64,000 nt of DNA, from contig CBDCRW010000003.1 in assembly GCA_965221125.1 (NCBI GenBank), positions 32,001 through 96,000 of the forward strand, given 5' to 3'. Each line of letters starts with the position of its first letter. Positions within the stretch are counted from its first letter, which is position 1. A program made the position numbers and the translations under genes. Of this stretch, positions 59,611-64,000 are shown piece by piece. Below the pieces are notes generated by a model that worked only from the letters and a program-made list of their open reading frames with translations, searched no databases and was not told where the DNA came from. This DNA is from Alphaproteobacteria bacterium. GTDB taxonomy: Bacteria > Pseudomonadota > Alphaproteobacteria > UBA828.

Positions 59611-61110
59611 GTGAGCCGTGCCCTAGAAATCGTCGGCGCAAGCAAGGCGTTCGATGCCCGGCCGGCGCTCAGGCGGGCATCGTTCGCCTGCGACTGGGGC
59701 GAGGTCCACGCGCTCCTCGGGGAGAACGGGGCCGGCAAGTCGACCCTGATGAACGTCGCCTGTGGGCTCTACGCGCCCGACGAAGGCACCATCGCGGTCG
59801 ACGGCGAGCCCGCCACGATCACCGCGCCGGCCGATGCCGCCCGTCTCGGCATCGGGATGGTTCATCAGCACTACAAGCTGGTGCAGCGCTTCACCGTCGC
59901 CGAGAACATCGTCCTCGCCTGCCGAGGCGCACTGGGCGTGCGCCGCCCGCGCGAGGCGGCCGAGGCGGTGGCGGCGAAGGCGGCTGACGTGGGCTTCGAG
60001 ATCGACCCCGGCGCCGTGGTCGGCGAACTCTCCATCGCCGAGCAGCAGCGCGTCGAGATCCTCAAGGTGCTGTTGCTGGGCGCCCGCATCCTCATCCTGG
60101 ACGAGCCCACCTCGGTGCTGACCGACCAGGAGTCGGTCCAGGCGCTCACCTTCATGCGCCGCCTCGCGGAAGACGGCCACGCGGTGGTGCTGATCACCCA
60201 CAAGCTGCGCGAGGTGATCGGCTACGCGTCGCGGGTCACGGTGATGCGCGGCGGCGAGACGGTGCTCGCCGGTGCGGAGACCGCAGGGCTGGATGCCGAG
60301 ACGCTCGCCCGGACCATGGTGGGCGAGGAGAGCGCGGCGCAGGAACGCCGCACCCGGCCGCTGGCTCAGGTGAGGCTCAAGGTCGAGGATCTGAGCGTCC
60401 GCCGGGCCGCCGGCATCGGCGTAGACGGCATCGGCTTCGCCGTGCGCGGCGGCGAGATCTACGGCATCGCCGGTGTCGGCGGCAACGGGCAGCAGGAGCT
60501 GGCCGACGCGCTGACCGGGCTGCGCCCGCCCGCCCGCGGGTCCATCGCCATCGACGGCGCGGAGCTCGCGGGCCGGGACGTGCCGGCCTTCCGCCGCCGG
60601 GGGATGCGCGCCGTGCCCGCCGACCGCTTCCGCACCGGCCTCCTGGCGGAGCTAGCGGTCTACGAGAACCACGGCGTGACGGGCGTGCCGGCCGGCGAGT
60701 ACGGCAGTCCGGCGCTGGTCCGACGCCGCGCCATGCGGGCGGCGGCGGCGCAGGCGATCGAGGCATACAGCATCCACGGCGCGGCACCCGGCACCGCCGC
60801 CCGGCTCCTCTCCGGCGGCAACGCCCAGAAGCTCCTGCTCGCGCGCGAGCTCAGGGGCGGGGCCAGCGTGCTGATCGCCCATTCGCCGACCCGCGGCCTC
60901 GACGTGAGCGCCTGCCGCACGGTCCACGACCTGCTGCAGGGCGCGGCGGACGCGGGCACCGCCTGCGTGCTGATCAGCGAGGACCTGGAGGAGGTGCTGG
61001 CGCTGTCCACCACCATCGCGGTGATCAGCCGGGGCCGCCTGGTCCGCGAGTTCGCCGCAGGCCAGGTGAGCCGCGCCGAGATCGGCCGCCTGATGCTGGG
61101 CCACGCCTGA
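59611..61110 (+). CDS. ABC ATP-binding protein with two NBDs (CUT2/nucleoside type)
   Basis: GENGAGKSTL, ILDEPT, ITHKL, LSGGNAQK, PTRGLD. Confidence 0.92.
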   Translation: MSRALEIVGASKAFDARPALRRASFACDWGEVHALLGENGAGKSTLMNVACGLYAPDEGTIAVDGEPATITAPADAARLGIGMVHQHYKLVQRFTVAENIVLACRGALGVRRPREAAEAVAAKAADVGFEIDPGAVVGELSIAEQQRVEILKVLLLGARILILDEPTSVLTDQESVQALTFMRRLAEDGHAVVLITHKLREVIGYASRVTVMRGGETVLAGAETAGLDAETLARTMVGEESAAQERRTRPLAQVRLKVEDLSVRRAAGIGVDGIGFAVRGGEIYGIAGVGGNGQQELADALTGLRPPARGSIAIDGAELAGRDVPAFRRRGMRAVPADRFRTGLLAELAVYENHGVTGVPAGEYGSPALVRRRAMRAAAAQAIEAYSIHGAAPGTAARLLSGGNAQKLLLARELRGGASVLIAHSPTRGLDVSACRTVHDLLQGAADAGTACVLISEDLEEVLALSTTIAVISRGRLVREFAAGQVSRAEIGRLMLGHA

Positions 61111-62180
61111 TGCTCGGCCCTGTCTATCTCGTACCCCGCCAGCAGGCGCCGCTCTGGCTGCGCGCGGCGACCTTCGTCGGCGGCATCGCGCTGGGCCTGC
61201 TCATCGCCTTCGGCATCCTCATTGCCTACGGCGTCGGCGCCGGGGAGATCGTCAACGAGTTCATCGTCTACGTGTTCCTCGACCTGAATGGCCTCGCCCA
61301 GGTGGTGACCGCCTCGACGCCGCTGGTCCTCGTCGGCCTGGCGTCGGCGGTGGCGCTCAAGCTCCGCTTCTGGAACATCGGCGTCGAGGGTCAGATGTGG
61401 CTCGGCTGCATTGCCGCGACCGGCGTTGCCATCTTCGACATCGGCCCGGAGGCCGCGCGCCTGCCGCTCATGTTCGTCGCCGCCGCCGTCGCCGGCGCCT
61501 GCTGGATCGGCATTCCCGCCGTTCTCAAGCTCCGCTTCCGGGTCAACGAGATCATCACCACGCTGCTGCTCACCTACGTCGCCTACCAGCTGGTGCAGCA
61601 CCTCCTCTTCGGGCCCTGGCACGATCCGGGCAGCGCCTTTCCCAACTCGCGGCACTACGACGAAGGGGCTGAGCGGCTGGCCCGGCTCGGCTGGGGTTCG
61701 TCGCACACCGGCATCTGGATCGCGCTCGGGGCGGGCGTCCTGCTCTGGTTCGTGATGACCCGCTCTCGGATCGGCTTCTACATGGACGCCATCGGCGCCA
61801 ACGCGGACGCGGCGCGGGCGGCGGGCGTCCCGGTCGTGCTCACGACGGCGCTGGCCGCGGTCATGTCCGGCGGGCTCGCGGGTGCAGCGGGCGCCAGCCT
61901 CGCCGCCGGGCAGGAATACCGCATGACCCTCTTCATCGCCGGCGGCTACACCTTCAGCGGCATCGTCATCGCCTTCATCGGGCGCTTCCGGCCGATCCCC
62001 GTCATCGTCACGGCGTTCGTGGTCGGCGGCGTCTACACGGCGGGCGACACGCTCAAGGTCTTCTATCAACTGCCTGCCGCGATCACGACGCTGATCGAGG
62101 CGGTCATTCTTCTCACCTTCGTCACGGTCGAGTTCTTCAGCCGCTACCACGTCACCTTCGGACTGAGGGAGCGCGCCTGA
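61110..62180 (+). CDS. ABC permease (nucleoside type)
   Basis: WNIGVEGQ, VNEIITTLLL, GYTFSGIVIAF. Confidence 0.9.
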   Translation: MLGPVYLVPRQQAPLWLRAATFVGGIALGLLIAFGILIAYGVGAGEIVNEFIVYVFLDLNGLAQVVTASTPLVLVGLASAVALKLRFWNIGVEGQMWLGCIAATGVAIFDIGPEAARLPLMFVAAAVAGACWIGIPAVLKLRFRVNEIITTLLLTYVAYQLVQHLLFGPWHDPGSAFPNSRHYDEGAERLARLGWGSSHTGIWIALGAGVLLWFVMTRSRIGFYMDAIGANADAARAAGVPVVLTTALAAVMSGGLAGAAGASLAAGQEYRMTLFIAGGYTFSGIVIAFIGRFRPIPVIVTAFVVGGVYTAGDTLKVFYQLPAAITTLIEAVILLTFVTVEFFSRYHVTFGLRERA

Positions 62181-63109
62181 TGGCAGCCGACTTCGTCCAG
62201 AACTGGCTCGCCACCACGCCCGGCTTCGCCACGCCCTACCTGCTCGCCGCCCTCGGGCTGATGATCAACGAGCGCGCCGGCGTGCTCAATCTCGGCTGCG
62301 AAGGCATGATGCTGGTGGGCGCGATGACCGGCGCGGTCGTGAGCTTCCACACCGGCCTCGCCGGCGCCGGCGTGCCCGTCGCCATGCTGGCCGGCGCGCT
62401 GGTCGCCCTCGTGTTCGGCATCGCCGTGGTGGTCTTCCGCACCGATCAGGTGCTGACCGGGCTCATCGTCGTCGCTCTCGGCGACGGGCTGACAGGGGTC
62501 GTGGGCCGCCCCTACATGTTCGAGAAGGTGGCGGGATTCCGCGACCTCGACCTGGGCGCACTCAGCGACATTCCCTGGCTGGGCCCTATCCTCTTCCAGC
62601 AGGACATCCTGGTCTATGCCGCCGCGGCGCTGGCCGTGGCCGTCTGGTGGGGCCTCGACAGATCGGACGTGGGGCTCAGGCTCCGCGCCGTCGGCGAGGA
62701 CCCGGCGACCGCCGACATCGCCGGCGTGAACGTCCAGCTCTTCCGCCTCGCCGCCGTGGTGCTGGGCGGCGCGTTCTGCGGGCTCGCGGGCGCCTACCTG
62801 TCGCTCGCTTCCAGCTTCGTCTGGACCGAGCACATGGTCGCCGGCCGCGGCTGGATCGTCATCGCGCTTGTGATCTTTTCGGGCTGGCGGCCGGGGCGCG
62901 CGGTGATCGGCGCGCTGATCTTCGGCGGCGCCGAGGCGCTGATCCCGCGCATTCAGGCGATCGGCCTCGACGTGCCCATCTACATCGTCGGCATGCTGCC
63001 CTACGTGCTGACGCTGGCGGTGCTGATCGTCCCCACGATCCTGCGGGGCGAGCGCTCGCCTGCGCCGAGCGGGCTTCTGCTCAACTACCTGCGGCAGGAT
63101 CGGCGCTGA
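62180..63109 (+). CDS. ABC permease (nucleoside type)
   Basis: ERAGVLNLGCEG, LRAVGEDP, AGRGWI, MLPY. Confidence 0.9.
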   Translation: MAADFVQNWLATTPGFATPYLLAALGLMINERAGVLNLGCEGMMLVGAMTGAVVSFHTGLAGAGVPVAMLAGALVALVFGIAVVVFRTDQVLTGLIVVALGDGLTGVVGRPYMFEKVAGFRDLDLGALSDIPWLGPILFQQDILVYAAAALAVAVWWGLDRSDVGLRLRAVGEDPATADIAGVNVQLFRLAAVVLGGAFCGLAGAYLSLASSFVWTEHMVAGRGWIVIALVIFSGWRPGRAVIGALIFGGAEALIPRIQAIGLDVPIYIVGMLPYVLTLAVLIVPTILRGERSPAPSGLLLNYLRQDRR

Positions 63110-63230
63110 GGTATGCTCGATAGCGAGGGCAGCGCCGATCGCCGGCGACCTTCGAGGGGAGGAATCCGATGAGCAGCATGATAACACTCATGCTGAGACG
63201 GTCAGCTGTGCTTGAGGGTTGACCGATAGA

Positions 63231-63425
63231 TCAGGTCGAGTGGGCGACTTCACCGGTCGCGCGCGGGCGCTCGGCGAGCCACTTCTCTAGCTCGTGCTCG
63301 GCCCAGGGCCCCACCTTGACCGGCTCAGGAAACTGGCCGGCGCGCATCAATCTATAGATCGTGGAACGGGTAACCCCGCAGCGGGTCTCAACCTCTTCGC
63401 GGCGGAGTAGGCGGTCGTCGTTCAT
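63231..63425 (-). CDS. AlpA family phage/island regulator
   Basis: LLRREEV...G.TRSTIYRLMRAGQFPEPVKVG; GGAGG RBS. Confidence 0.85.
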   Translation of the reverse strand: MNDDRLLRREEVETRCGVTRSTIYRLMRAGQFPEPVKVGPWAEHELEKWLAERPRATGEVAHST

Positions 63426-63488
63426 GGCGTCCTCCGGGTCTTTGTCGTCCCGGATATTGCCGCAAGTGACCGCGAGGCCTGAATGGAA

Positions 63489-64000
63489 TCATATGGGGGT
63501 GATTTGATTCCGATATTTCTCGATTGGGCCGTACCTCTTGATGATGCGCCCAATGTAGTCGGCGGTGAGTTTCCCGCCTCCCGCGCGCGGAACAACCTCT
63601 CGAATAAAATCGACAGCGTCCGCTTTGGTCTTGCCTTCGCTGAAGACAAGCCAAGCGACTAACCGGACGATCCGTTCATCGCGCGTCCGGTTCTCATCTG
63701 GACTACGCCCTCTGCCTCGCTTGGGTCGGGTGACCTCGCCCGTAAAAACGGCAATGGCAAGCTCCAGAATTGCGTCGTGGGCGCTGTCCTCCAGGCCATG
63801 CCCGCGAATATCCTTGCGGGCAACGTCCTCCAATGTGTCGAAGGCCCACGCCCGCTGCCCGTAGGACAGCGCCTCATCGCCCACCATGTACGCCAGTCTT
63901 CGGATTGCTCGCGCCTGCTCTTTGCTATCGCCCGGCCAGTCCAACACGTTGTTCGACGGGCGCGGCAACTCCTCAAAAGCGGAGCGCAGGAATAGCCGGT
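63489..64000 (-). CDS. Hypothetical island protein (frame open to the window edge)
   Basis: No stop upstream of TTG 63968 within the window; RPKRGRGR basic patch; lower GC; lies upstream of alpA. Confidence 0.55.
   Translation of the reverse strand, partial: RLFLRSAFEELPRPSNNVLDWPGDSKEQARAIRRLAYMVGDEALSYGQRAWAFDTLEDVARKDIRGHGLEDSAHDAILELAIAVFTGEVTRPKRGRGRSPDENRTRDERIVRLVAWLVFSEGKTKADAVDFIREVVPRAGGGKLTADYIGRIIKRYGPIEKYRNQITPI

Overview
High-GC chromosomal window from an alphaproteobacterium. The gene set (hisB-DUF2628-hisH-hisA, ubiA/rsmE/gshA, holC-pepA, pckA, chvI-chvG, DUF1150) and a tRNA-His retaining G-1:C73 point to a Rhodospirillales-like lineage; this is inference. Positions 1-25 kb are mostly housekeeping genes plus an hcnABC/opine-oxidase-like triplet, ggt and a HpnB-like glycosyltransferase. 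From 25 kb on the window is accessory-rich: a PhyH-HEAT fusion beside a two-ATPase ABC importer lying between pckA and chvIG; a CoA-ester catabolic cluster (SDR, two SnoaL/NTF2 paralogs, divergent AbfD-like flavoprotein, CitE-like lyase); a decaying ABC operon hit by an IS481 remnant; a LysR-regulated creatinase-like + hydantoinase A/B + BMP-ABC operon; and an AlpA-bearing island edge. The most notable non-annotated structures are two copies of a ~265-bp MITE-like element whose terminal inverted repeats covary, an 11-unit 10-bp-phased array next to one copy, two unlisted small ORFs, and an aminotransferase with no canonical start codon. All calls come from motif recognition by eye; no database searches were run.
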